From positions 3,049,621-3,079,620 of the forward strand of contig CP128857.1 of the NCBI GenBank assembly GCA_030388725.1: a DNA stretch of 30,000 nt, read 5' to 3'. Below are positions 20,044 to 28,031 of the stretch, piece after piece. Origin of the DNA: Prodigiosinella aquatilis. GTDB taxonomy: Bacteria > Pseudomonadota > Gammaproteobacteria > Enterobacterales > Enterobacteriaceae. The notes under the pieces are model-generated. The model was given only the letters and a program-made list of their open reading frames with translations. It was not told the DNA's origin and ran no database searches. Position numbers and translations under genes: made by a program. The first letter of the stretch is position 1. The number at the start of each line of letters is the position of its first letter.

Positions 20044-20655
20044 TTAAATGGCAGCGATATCTAACGGGATATTAATTAGCTTCCCGTGTTTGTTTTTCTC
20101 TCGAAAATTAATATAGGTTTTGGACATGGCTACCTGCAGTGATTCCGATATCGCCTCCATCGCCCGGTTCCAGCGTTCGTCCTGAATTTTGACCCGGCGC
20201 AGGGAAAGAATACGCCCGGTGTTAAGCTGACCCTCTTTATCAACCTGGAAGGCATCACCGATGATGGCCCGCAGATTAGCGTTCGCGCCTTCAGACCACT
20301 CGGTGACGCACTCGTCAATCAGGTCTTTGGCTATCTGCAGCTCAGGCCCGAAAGTCAGGGTTTCCTGCACACGGATAGTGATTTGTTCACTGCCGTCAAA
20401 GCTGCTGAATGTTACGTTACCCTTGACCCCGCCGCGTGTTCTGCCGTACTTCTCAGCCACCAGGTCAAGCCAGGCATAGCACTCATCAAAAGCGCGCTGC
20501 TTGAAGTCGCTGAGGTCAGCACTTTTGACCTTAGCTGCCGCGACCTGCTCTTTGACAAAGGAATCCATCGCCAGATCGTAATCGGACACCTGCGCAACCG
20601 GCACCAGACGACCTTTACGGTCTTTCATATATTCGTCTTTATTTACTTCGCTCAT
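20044..20655 (-). CDS. DUF3164-like Mu-family early protein
   Basis: The start at 20655 (MSEVNKDEYMKDRKGRLVP...) has an AAGGTGA SD, giving 203 aa. The family assignment is from memory of DUF3164 proteins in B3/Mu-like phages. The longer track start at 20748 overlaps the upstream gene. Confidence 0.6.
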   Translation of the reverse strand: MSEVNKDEYMKDRKGRLVPVAQVSDYDLAMDSFVKEQVAAAKVKSADLSDFKQRAFDECYAWLDLVAEKYGRTRGGVKGNVTFSSFDGSEQITIRVQETLTFGPELQIAKDLIDECVTEWSEGANANLRAIIGDAFQVDKEGQLNTGRILSLRRVKIQDERWNRAMEAISESLQVAMSKTYINFREKNKHGKLINIPLDIAAI

Positions 20656-20671
20656 GTTGTTCACCTTATTG

Positions 20672-20941
20672 TTAATGTAATGACTCTGACCAGGTAATCC
20701 TGCAGCCATACAGTTCAAAGAAACCCTGACGAAAACGGCCTGAGCCATTGTGGCCGAAATGGGTATAGCTCGCTTTCCCCTGTTCCAGCAGGCGGAGGCA
20801 GTGACCGTTCTTAGCGATACGGATAACGGGCTTACTGCCTACAATCATGATGCTCTGAACTGTGCTGTTCATGGCATTCAGCGCTGTTATGGCAGACTGC
20901 AAATGATGCAGCTGTTGGTTGATATCAGTGATGGCCTTCAT
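20672..20941 (-). CDS. Hypothetical early protein (89 aa)
   Basis: Track ORF placed directly after the ATPase gene, starting 3 nt after its stop codon. No recognisable motif. Confidence 0.45.
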   Translation of the reverse strand: MKAITDINQQLHHLQSAITALNAMNSTVQSIMIVGSKPVIRIAKNGHCLRLLEQGKASYTHFGHNGSGRFRQGFFELYGCRITWSESLH

Positions 20942-20943
20942 TG

Positions 20944-22110
20944 TTACACTCCCTTAACCACGTCGGAGTTGACCTGCGGAACCCCGATTTCTGCAGCCAG
21001 ATTCATGGCAGCGATCGTCAGGTTACTGACGGCCAGCGGATACAGCAGGCTGACCAGACTCTTGCGGTTGCTGCCCAGATTGCTCAGGCGGGCGCGAATG
21101 GCGTCCACCGCGCTGGCGTCCATAACGTCGGCCAGCTGCTTACCGGCGCGTTGCAGCTTGAACGTCAGAAACTCTTCGAGGCTATTGTCCAGTGGCAGCA
21201 GTTCAACCACCTCGCAGCGCTGTACGACTTCACGTACCTCCATGTTGCGTTCGGAAAGCTTATCTGCCAGCTCCGGCTGGCCAATCAGCACGATGGACAG
21301 CAACCGTTTAAAACCGGACTCCAGCTCAAAGAAGCGTTTGAGGTGCTTCAGCGTCGGGATGGGCAGACTGTGAGCCTCCTCAATCACCAGAACGTGGCTG
21401 AAACCCGCCTGGCTGCTGTCTTTCAGGACGCGGTGCAACTGGCGGAAGCGGGCGTCCTGGCTGCGTTTGATGCTCTCCAGTGGTGCGATGGTGCTGATGA
21501 TGGCCTCGGCGATAGCTGCCGCCTTCAGGGTTTTGCCCTTCACGTCGTTGTCTTCCATGGCGATGATGTATGGCTCGATAACAATCACCGGCGCGTTCTC
21601 GCGGTTGACGCGTTCAATCAGGTCGCGGCGCAGCGTGGATTTACCCGCGCCGGACTCGCCGATAACCGCCAGAAAGCCACCGTGGCGGGCGGTCTGGAAC
21701 AGCGCCTCACGCACGTAGCGGATATCCGGTGTGGTGAACACATCGTCCGCGCCCTGCATGGCTTCATCGGCGAACGGGTCACGGAAAAGGCCAAACGCTT
21801 TTTTGGTTGCTGGAAATAACACCTGCTTTTTGAGTAACATGTTCTCTTCCTCACTGAGGTTGGTTTTATCGTTAGTACCCGCTGTACGGGGCGTGACAGC
21901 GCCCTGTGCAGCATCAAAACTCTTCGCTGTATCAATCCCCTGACTTTCCAGCCAGGACGCCAGACGCTGGCGCACATCTTCCGGACTGGTGCGGGGCCAT
22001 TCGTTATGGTTCACAATCTGGGCCAGCGTGGCCTCGGAAACGGCGACGGCTCTTGCCACCACCGCCTGCGGGATGCGGGCCTCTTTCAGTTGTTGCTTCA
22101 GTACCAGCAT
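20944..22110 (-). CDS. AAA ATPase, ExeA-like; positional analogue of Mu transposition protein B
   Basis: 388 aa with an N-terminal HTH (ARIPQAVVARAVAVSEATLAQIVN), Walker A VIGESGAGKST and Walker B HVLVIEEAH. It lies immediately downstream of the transposase. Confidence 0.8.
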   Translation of the reverse strand: MLVLKQQLKEARIPQAVVARAVAVSEATLAQIVNHNEWPRTSPEDVRQRLASWLESQGIDTAKSFDAAQGAVTPRTAGTNDKTNLSEEENMLLKKQVLFPATKKAFGLFRDPFADEAMQGADDVFTTPDIRYVREALFQTARHGGFLAVIGESGAGKSTLRRDLIERVNRENAPVIVIEPYIIAMEDNDVKGKTLKAAAIAEAIISTIAPLESIKRSQDARFRQLHRVLKDSSQAGFSHVLVIEEAHSLPIPTLKHLKRFFELESGFKRLLSIVLIGQPELADKLSERNMEVREVVQRCEVVELLPLDNSLEEFLTFKLQRAGKQLADVMDASAVDAIRARLSNLGSNRKSLVSLLYPLAVSNLTIAAMNLAAEIGVPQVNSDVVKGV

Positions 22111-22120
22111 GCCTTCCTCC

Positions 22121-23914
22121 TCAGTTACCGTTAACGATGCTGATAACGCTGTTGCAGGCCGGAGTGGTCAGGGTGACCATGACCTCATCCAGCGTGGCTT
22201 CCGGTACGCCATCCGGGTACTGCGCCGTTAACTGGCGGTAATGTTCCGGCGTCCAGGTGTGGCCGTTAGTGCTGAACTTCTCGCGCAGGGCTTTCGCGGC
22301 CTCCACATGGGTCAGCGGACGCTGCTCAATACGCGGCCCGCGCACGTCTGAAGCCTGTCCGCGCTTCGATAGGTAGGCAGGATGATTATCGCGCTCAATA
22401 TCCAGATAAGGGTTGAAGCGACCACCGAATGGCAGGGCTTTGTCTTTTTTCGCCGCGTCTGTCTCTTCCCGGCAGGCAGTGCCGTAGGTGTGCTGCTCCA
22501 CCTCATCGCGATTCGTCTGGGTAACGGTCTCCGGTAACAGGCGGTACTCCTCACCAATCACCGGCGCACTGGTGCTGTACTGCCAGAGTTCATCTTTCTG
22601 TATCGCGTTAATAACGTGGAAGGTTTCAAAACCTTCATCATTGATGATAACGACTCTGGCCTCCTCATCTGACCAGGGATTACGGGCAACCAGCACCTTG
22701 TCACCGACGAATACACCAGGAACGTCAGACACATCGTATTCCTTGCCTCTGAAAGGTACGCGCAACTTGCCGGTAACGGTGCGTTCTTCAGGTGCAGAGA
22801 TGGCCAGCTCCCTGCAGATTTCAGGTGCCGGGGCTTTTACCAGTTGTTCTTCGGTAATTCTCAACCAGGCATCGGTACGCGACATACTGTGGCGGCTGTG
22901 TATCGCCGTGCGGTTAAACTTCATGCGCCAGAGACGCGCCAGTCGGTTCAGTTCATCAATATCATCCACCCTGAGAAAGCGCAGGCCGCCCTCGAACTTG
23001 CGTTCGATGATGTCACGGGCCTTTTCCACAGAACCGGTGGCACGGGCGTTATGGACCTTATGCTGAATGGTGCGGATGCCCATAGCCCGGCACATATTGA
23101 GCAGTGAGGCCGAGACCAGCGCAGAGCCGGGGTCGGTAAACAGGATCTTCGGCACCCCGTGCAGTACGTCGGCGCTGCCGCGTTCCTGCATGGCATTAAT
23201 CATTACCTCCAGAAAGTTGACGGCGCTTTCACCACCGAAGCGGTACTCGACGTAAATCCAGCCTGTGGTGTGGTCGGTGATTTCAAATGACCACACGCGG
23301 TCATTAACGATACGGTCAAGGTTGCGGGGTTTGTTTTTGTTGAACTCTGCTGCGCTCATGACGCGCAGCCCGGTATCCCCCTTCGCCTTTTTGGCCGGAT
23401 TTTTGAGGTAATACAGCACGCAAATAGACGCATCCAGTTGCCAGACGTGGTTTGGGTACAAGCTGGCCAGCTCCAGCGCAGGAGATGGTGCCCGCAACTG
23501 GTCGGGGTGCATACGATGCTGGCGGAGGGCACGACTGATGGCGTCAATTGACAGCGGGAAAAATTCTCCGGTCTCAGTATCGGTTCGACCAGCAATAATC
23601 AGACCGTTATCGCGTAATCCGTCCACAATATCCTCCAGGCTGTAACCTTTTTTACCGTTACCGGGGCGCGGGGATGCCAGCCACGCCCCGGAGATGGTCA
23701 GCATCTCATCGTGGGTCAGTGTCGTTTTACCGGCATCGGAGCGCTGTTTGCGTGGTCTGCTCATCCGTACCCCTTTAAGCTTTTTCAGCAGGGTAGCGCG
23801 TGACATCTGTAGTTCTTCACACGCCGCCCGGTATACCGCCTCTTTTTCACCGTGTCCGGCTGCGTCAGCGGCGGCGGCTATGCTGACGAGCCGTTGCGTC
23901 AGCGCCGGATTCAT
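22121..23914 (-). CDS. Mu-type DDE transposase (MuA analogue)
   Basis: 597 aa with an N-terminal HTH region. The RNase-H-like core is suggested by HVWQLDASICVLYY, ILFTDPGSA and ...GSVEKARDIIERKFEG. The C-terminal part is a Mu-transposase-like beta barrel. It is paired with the ATPase gene. Confidence 0.85.
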   Translation of the reverse strand: MNPALTQRLVSIAAAADAAGHGEKEAVYRAACEELQMSRATLLKKLKGVRMSRPRKQRSDAGKTTLTHDEMLTISGAWLASPRPGNGKKGYSLEDIVDGLRDNGLIIAGRTDTETGEFFPLSIDAISRALRQHRMHPDQLRAPSPALELASLYPNHVWQLDASICVLYYLKNPAKKAKGDTGLRVMSAAEFNKNKPRNLDRIVNDRVWSFEITDHTTGWIYVEYRFGGESAVNFLEVMINAMQERGSADVLHGVPKILFTDPGSALVSASLLNMCRAMGIRTIQHKVHNARATGSVEKARDIIERKFEGGLRFLRVDDIDELNRLARLWRMKFNRTAIHSRHSMSRTDAWLRITEEQLVKAPAPEICRELAISAPEERTVTGKLRVPFRGKEYDVSDVPGVFVGDKVLVARNPWSDEEARVVIINDEGFETFHVINAIQKDELWQYSTSAPVIGEEYRLLPETVTQTNRDEVEQHTYGTACREETDAAKKDKALPFGGRFNPYLDIERDNHPAYLSKRGQASDVRGPRIEQRPLTHVEAAKALREKFSTNGHTWTPEHYRQLTAQYPDGVPEATLDEVMVTLTTPACNSVISIVNGN

Positions 23915-24264
23915 GAATCAGCCTTCGCTTTTTGTTGCCATTGCTTCCATTTCTCACTGTTCTCCTGAAGTTTCTCCGCAATCTCAACAGCCCGTTTGTT
24001 GGCAGAACGGCGATAGCGTTCGTTTTGGATATAGTGAATTTTTTCCAGAAGTAACGTTTCCATTACGGTGGCAAATGCAGGCGCATCGGGTGCTGAAATC
24101 CTGATTTCTCCAGTACTGGTCAGGATGCAGAATCCCGCCATCATGTCTGGTACAAGAGTGCATAGCGCGTGTCCAAGAACTTCCGGGCTATCCATGTAAA
24201 GGCTTTCCTGCGGTTCCCGTTCTCTTACTGGTGGTGTCAGATGTGAAGCGACCATGTTATTCAT
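23911..24264 (-). CDS. Hypothetical early protein (117 aa)
   Basis: Track ORF. It overlaps the transposase start by 4 nt and the upstream gene by 8 nt. Confidence 0.5.
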   Translation of the reverse strand: MNNMVASHLTPPVREREPQESLYMDSPEVLGHALCTLVPDMMAGFCILTSTGEIRISAPDAPAFATVMETLLLEKIHYIQNERYRRSANKRAVEIAEKLQENSEKWKQWQQKAKADS

Positions 24265-25186
24265 CCTCTTCCTGTGCTTCTTTCACCCAGTCCGGCATGC
24301 CGTCAATCTCGCGGAAGTCAGGCAGGTCAAACTGTTGACGCATGTCGACGACACGGGCTTCGATATCATCAAGCAACCCTGCCATAATGTGGGTGTGGCT
24401 GATGCCGGTACGTTCTGCGTGTTCGGCCAGTGCCTCAAAGCCGCATTTGAGGTTGATAAGAGCGCTGAGTACACCGCTTTTAAAACCAGTGGCTTCCGTT
24501 TCAAGCGCCTGACCTTCTTCATCGGGCGTCTCTGTTGTAGCGCGGCGCGTCAGCCTGGCCTTCAGCTCGTCAGTCTGGTCTTTGAGGGCGTTGATCTCAT
24601 CTTTCTTTTCGGCCAGCGTCTGGCGGCTGATTTCGAGGTCGGTTTTGAGGTCTTCTTTCTCTTTGGTGTGCTTGGCGATCATTTCTTCGGCCAGCTCCAG
24701 CAGGGCCGTTTTGTCGCCTTCTTTGGCCACTTCAATGAGGGCGCTTTTCTGGTCGTCCGGCAGGCGGCGGAACTGGCGCAGTTCGCGATAACCAATCCCC
24801 ATGCGGGACATGGAATCCAGGGCTTCTTCACCGAAGGCGGTAAGGTTGGCAATATCCAAATCTGCCTTATCAACGGATATTCCGAGAACATTACAAAACT
24901 CATCCCATGTGCCCGAAAACTCCGAACCGTTCGGTGTCTTCTTGCCCTTTAGATTGCGATATAGCTTGTTTTCTTTAACAAATGCCAGTTTAGAAGTCCG
25001 AACCGTTCGGGAAAATTGCTCAAATGCATCAGCCATCTGTGCCTGACCAAGAAGCTGATTCAGCAGATCACGTTCATCACTGAGTTGGCTGGTAACTGTC
25101 GCCATCAGATTTTGAGTGGCCTCCAGTTTGGGATTCAACTCCACGTCGGGTGCAAGTTCAGCAGGTTGTGATTTTGTGCGAGCCAT
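24257..25186 (-). CDS. Coiled-coil early protein (309 aa), unknown function
   Basis: An AAGGAG SD is present. The central heptad-rich segment is KEKEDLKTDLEISRQTLAEKKDEINALKDQTDELKARL, and the C-terminus is acidic. Confidence 0.6.
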   Translation of the reverse strand: MARTKSQPAELAPDVELNPKLEATQNLMATVTSQLSDERDLLNQLLGQAQMADAFEQFSRTVRTSKLAFVKENKLYRNLKGKKTPNGSEFSGTWDEFCNVLGISVDKADLDIANLTAFGEEALDSMSRMGIGYRELRQFRRLPDDQKSALIEVAKEGDKTALLELAEEMIAKHTKEKEDLKTDLEISRQTLAEKKDEINALKDQTDELKARLTRRATTETPDEEGQALETEATGFKSGVLSALINLKCGFEALAEHAERTGISHTHIMAGLLDDIEARVVDMRQQFDLPDFREIDGMPDWVKEAQEEDE

Positions 25187-25195
25187 TGTTACTCC

Positions 25196-25501
25196 TTAGC
25201 GGCTACCAGCCAGTACGCGCTGGTTAAGTTCGTCGATGCGCCCCTGTGCGCGGGACATTTCATTGTTATGGGCCATGGCAATCTGCAAAAGCTGTACACC
25301 TGGAGCAAAACGCCCGTTTTCAAGCTTGAGTGCCAGCCCCTCTTCGATAAGGGTATTGAGTGCCCGATTGATATTTGCCGGGGATTCACCCAGAGCCGAT
25401 GCCAGTTCACCGTTAGATACCCCATTAAGGGCGTGACCACGCAGTGCTTTAAGAACACGCAGAATGCGGGAGCCAGAACTGGATACATTTGCCTTACTCA
25501 T
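25196..25501 (-). CDS. Winged-HTH DNA-binding protein (IclR-N-like HTH)
   Basis: The start at 25501 (MSKANVSSSGSRILRVLKALRGHALNGVSNGELASALGESPANINRALNTLIEEGL...) has an AGGGGAA SD, giving 101 aa. Confidence 0.6.
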   Translation of the reverse strand: MSKANVSSSGSRILRVLKALRGHALNGVSNGELASALGESPANINRALNTLIEEGLALKLENGRFAPGVQLLQIAMAHNNEMSRAQGRIDELNQRVLAGSR

Positions 25502-25555
25502 GTCACATTCCCCTTTTTGCAATATGTGATAACCTTTTACGAAGACTTAAAATCA

Positions 25556-25744
25556 TCAGGCGGCCCGAGCTGTTGATTTAAGTCCCAGCTTCACGGCAAT
25601 TTCATGAGATTTACCGTAACGAGCTTTCGTCTGACCGTTGAGAACCCGGTAGACCTCGTAGCGGCTGTAGCCGTTTTCTTCTGCCCACTGGGTGAATGTG
25701 ATCCCTCGTTGGCGGAAGAGCGTTTTGACTTGATCTGCAGTCAT
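25556..25744 (-). CDS. Small HTH protein, Ner/Cro analogue (BcepMu gp16-like); first gene of the early operon
   Basis: 62 aa: MTADQVKTLFRQRGITFTQWAEENGYSRYEVYRVLNGQTKARYGKSHEIAVKLGLK. An AAGGAGA SD is present. It is divergent from the repressor across an operator-rich 81-bp spacer. Confidence 0.7.
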   Translation of the reverse strand: MTADQVKTLFRQRGITFTQWAEENGYSRYEVYRVLNGQTKARYGKSHEIAVKLGLKSTARAA

Positions 25745-25791
25745 CGTTGTCTCCTTGGTTGATACAACTATGTTTGTACTATGTGTGTTAG

Positions 25792-25820
25792 ATTATTGTC
25801 TAAAAAATTAGACAGAGCAA
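25792..25820 (-). promoter_or_regulatory. Candidate early promoter with the operator palindrome in its spacer
   Basis: On the minus strand: TTGCTC (25820-25815), a 17-nt spacer, then AATAAT (25797-25792). The spacer is exactly the palindrome TGTCTAA-AAAA-TTAGACA (25797-25814, plus-strand reading), and a third half-site TTAGA lies at 25788-25792. Confidence 0.45.
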
Positions 25821-25825
25821 GGTGT

Positions 25826-26191
25826 ATGTCCATTATTTTAGAAGAACTTCACGATCGTCTAGTTGAGGAATTAAAACGCGTCGGCCCTCAAACTGTTGCT
25901 AAGTTAACGGGCATATCTCGTGCGACGATTTACAACTGGATGGAAAAGGGCAATACGCCCTTAGATAAATTGGCTCTTTTGGATGCAGCGGGCATAGATG
26001 TTACTTACATACTTACTGGTCAGTGTGCTCCAGGGTCTATTGTAGAGAGACCTTCCTTAACAACCCGGCAGGCGGCGTTGTTGGATAACTATGAGCACTT
26101 AAATGATTCAGACAAAAAGGCTTTAGAGCGTACAGCCTTTGCGTTGGCGGAACAGGGAAAGGTGAGCAAAAAAACGAAAACAGCATCATGA
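25826..26191 (+). CDS. CI-type phage repressor (HTH), immunity repressor candidate
   Basis: The start is taken at 25826 (MSIILEELHDRL...). The HTH is VAKLTGISRATIYNWMEKGNTPLDKLALLDAAGIDVTYILTG, which resembles the phage CI-repressor HTH family. It is divergent from the early operon. Confidence 0.75.
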   Translation: MSIILEELHDRLVEELKRVGPQTVAKLTGISRATIYNWMEKGNTPLDKLALLDAAGIDVTYILTGQCAPGSIVERPSLTTRQAALLDNYEHLNDSDKKALERTAFALAEQGKVSKKTKTAS

Positions 26192-26248
26192 TATGCTCTG
26201 AATCTTTAATGCAGAATAAGCTGGATGTATAAGAAAAAGGAGACCAAC

Positions 26249-26821
26249 ATGGCGGGTATTCAGGTTATTGCAGGAAATTTCCCCAAGGGATGGGCAAGTT
26301 TTGGCTTTGGCACTATTGTCTTCGGTAAAAAACCTAAACAAGGCTTCCCTGATGCTATTGTGCTGAACCCGAAGGAAGAGCTGCTATCAATTGAAATTGC
26401 AGGCAGTGAGGTGGAAAGCCGCATAGGTAAGGCCGCAGGCACAGGTATTCTTGGTGGGCTAATATTTGGTGGCGCGGGTTTGGTCATTGGAGGCTTGCTT
26501 GGCGCAGCAGATAAGATAAAGAAGACCATAACATTTAAAGCGGCATTCACGGGAAATAGGCATCTTCTAGCTAAAACGGATGCAAAAACCTTTGTAAAGC
26601 TGCAGTCAATCGCTTTCGATAACGCAAATAATTTGCCTGTAACCGATAAGGTCCAGGTTCAAAATTTGGATGCTCCAGCTGAAAATCCATCGACTAAAGA
26701 ACCAGATTTATCCCCTTCTGTTACTGTAGCCAAGATGACATCTAAAGATAAGCTTGAGCTTGCGGTTGGCTTGGTCGTCATCACCTTAGTTGTCTGGGCA
26801 GTGATTCACTTCTTTTTTTAG
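26249..26821 (+). CDS. Two-TM glycine-zipper membrane protein, unknown function (190 aa)
   Basis: An AAGGAG SD lies 6 nt before the ATG at 26249. The central segment is GTGILGGLIFGGAGLVIGGLLGAA and the C-terminal TM is LELAVGLVVITLVVWAVIHFFF. It starts 57 bp after the repressor stop, with no intervening terminator that I can see. Confidence 0.7.
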   Translation: MAGIQVIAGNFPKGWASFGFGTIVFGKKPKQGFPDAIVLNPKEELLSIEIAGSEVESRIGKAAGTGILGGLIFGGAGLVIGGLLGAADKIKKTITFKAAFTGNRHLLAKTDAKTFVKLQSIAFDNANNLPVTDKVQVQNLDAPAENPSTKEPDLSPSVTVAKMTSKDKLELAVGLVVITLVVWAVIHFFF

Positions 26822-26919
26822 GAAAGTGCTTAAAAACACTTCCAGTTCTAATAGAAGTAAGGGCGATTTAAACCCGCGCTTGAGTATCATTTTTTACGCA
26901 TTAACGGTGTCACTGCTCA

Positions 26920-27195
26920 TCAACAACAGGAGCCTGATAGCAAGTTCGCATGGCTATTGGGATTGGCGCTGATGGTCAGTCTTATTTCTCCAATGAGTAT
27001 TCCTTTCAGCTTATTTTCAGGGAGCATTCGTGGCGTTTTCTCCACCTGCTCAAGCGCGGCCTGCATCTCTCTTATTGCCTCTGCCAGATTGTCGGCATTG
27101 ACGCTAAGTGTGTAGATTTTTGCTGCAGTTTCATACTCATCGCAGGTTATTCCCATTAAGTATGAGTGTTTGGGTTTATTAGTTGCTGAACTCAT
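26920..27195 (-). CDS. Small protein S1 (91 aa), paralogue of 28806..29063
   Basis: MSSATNKPKHSYLMGITCDEYETAAKIYTLSVNADNLAEAIREMQAALEQVEKTPRMLPENKLKGILIGEIRLTISANPNSHANLLSGSCC. It starts 12 nt after the methyltransferase stop. The core is near-identical to S2. Confidence 0.65.
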   Translation of the reverse strand: MSSATNKPKHSYLMGITCDEYETAAKIYTLSVNADNLAEAIREMQAALEQVEKTPRMLPENKLKGILIGEIRLTISANPNSHANLLSGSCC

Positions 27196-27207
27196 GTGTT
27201 TCTCCTT

Positions 27208-27972
27208 TCAGAAATTGCATATCACAAGTTCCTGGCGCGGTGATGACTTACCCGACAGGCTGTAGTTGATGCAAACGGTCTGGATGTTGAGGCCTTTGAA
27301 AGCCTGCCTCATCTCTGGGATATCGTTCACCGATATAATCATTTTCCCTTTGATACTCCGCGCCAGTTCCGACATGTGGATATAGTTCCCTATTGGAAAA
27401 TCCACGCCATAGCCCTCTGTTCCCCAGTACGGTGGATCACAGTAGAACAGCGTATGCGGGCGATCATAACGCTCTATGCACTGGTGCCAGTCCAGATGCT
27501 CTATCAGCGTTCTGGACAGGCGCAGGTGTGCCATCGACAGTTCTTCTTCGATGCGCAGGAGGTTAAAGCGCGGCGCACTTGTGGTGGAAGTTCCGAACGT
27601 GTGATCGGCGACCTTGCCTCCAAACGCCTGTTTCTGAAGGTAGTAGAACCGGGCCGCACGCTGTATATCAGTCAGTGTTTCTTCTGGCGTATCCTGCAAC
27701 CATTTGTAGATCTGGCGACTCACCAGCGCCCATTTAAACTGCCGGACAAACTCTTCCAGATGGTGTTTCACTACCCGGTATAAGTTCACGAGTTCCCCAT
27801 TGATATCGTTGATTACTTCGGTCTTGCTGGGGGTCTTGAGAAAATACAGAGCAGCTGCACCGCTGAATGGCTCTACATAACAGGTATGAGCTGGGAAAAG
27901 CGGCAAAATATGTTTGGCCAGACGGCGTTTACCGCCGATCCATGGAACGATGGGCAAAGATTGTTCTTTCAT
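27208..27972 (-). CDS. DNA N6-adenine methyltransferase, Dam (D12-class) family; no cognate endonuclease nearby
   Basis: 254 aa. Motifs are PWIGGKRRLAKHI, the AdoMet-binding motif YVEPFSGAAALYF and the catalytic DPPY (FYCDPPYWGTEGYG). Confidence 0.85.
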   Translation of the reverse strand: MKEQSLPIVPWIGGKRRLAKHILPLFPAHTCYVEPFSGAAALYFLKTPSKTEVINDINGELVNLYRVVKHHLEEFVRQFKWALVSRQIYKWLQDTPEETLTDIQRAARFYYLQKQAFGGKVADHTFGTSTTSAPRFNLLRIEEELSMAHLRLSRTLIEHLDWHQCIERYDRPHTLFYCDPPYWGTEGYGVDFPIGNYIHMSELARSIKGKMIISVNDIPEMRQAFKGLNIQTVCINYSLSGKSSPRQELVICNF

Positions 27973-28019
27973 TATCCGTAAGCCTTTTACAGTCAGTGAA
28001 AATATGGCAGGCTAGTCCG

Positions 28020-28031
28020 GTCTCGCGAGAC
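28020..28031. other. Perfect 12-bp palindrome GTCTCGCGAGAC in the methyltransferase upstream region
   Basis: Read directly from the sequence. It is nested within an outer inverted pair, CAGTCAG (27990-27996) and CTGACTG (28031-28037). Confidence 0.5.

Noticed and set aside
20941-21819. 292-aa plus-strand ORF (plus 20750..21373 and 21906..22241)
   Set aside because: It is antisense to the well-supported ATPase gene in GC-rich DNA. The composition is low-complexity Q/A/L/R, and there is no SD and no family resemblance. These are typical shadow ORFs.
24254-24952. 232-aa plus-strand ORF
   Set aside because: It is antisense to the coiled-coil early gene, which sits in a tightly coupled minus-strand operon, and no motif is recognisable. 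It is a shadow ORF.
26822-26845. Imperfect hairpin GGAAAGTG-cttaaaaa-CACTTCC after the membrane-protein gene
   Set aside because: The stem is bulged and there is no U-tract on either strand. It may be a weak bidirectional terminator between convergent genes, but this is not demonstrable from sequence.
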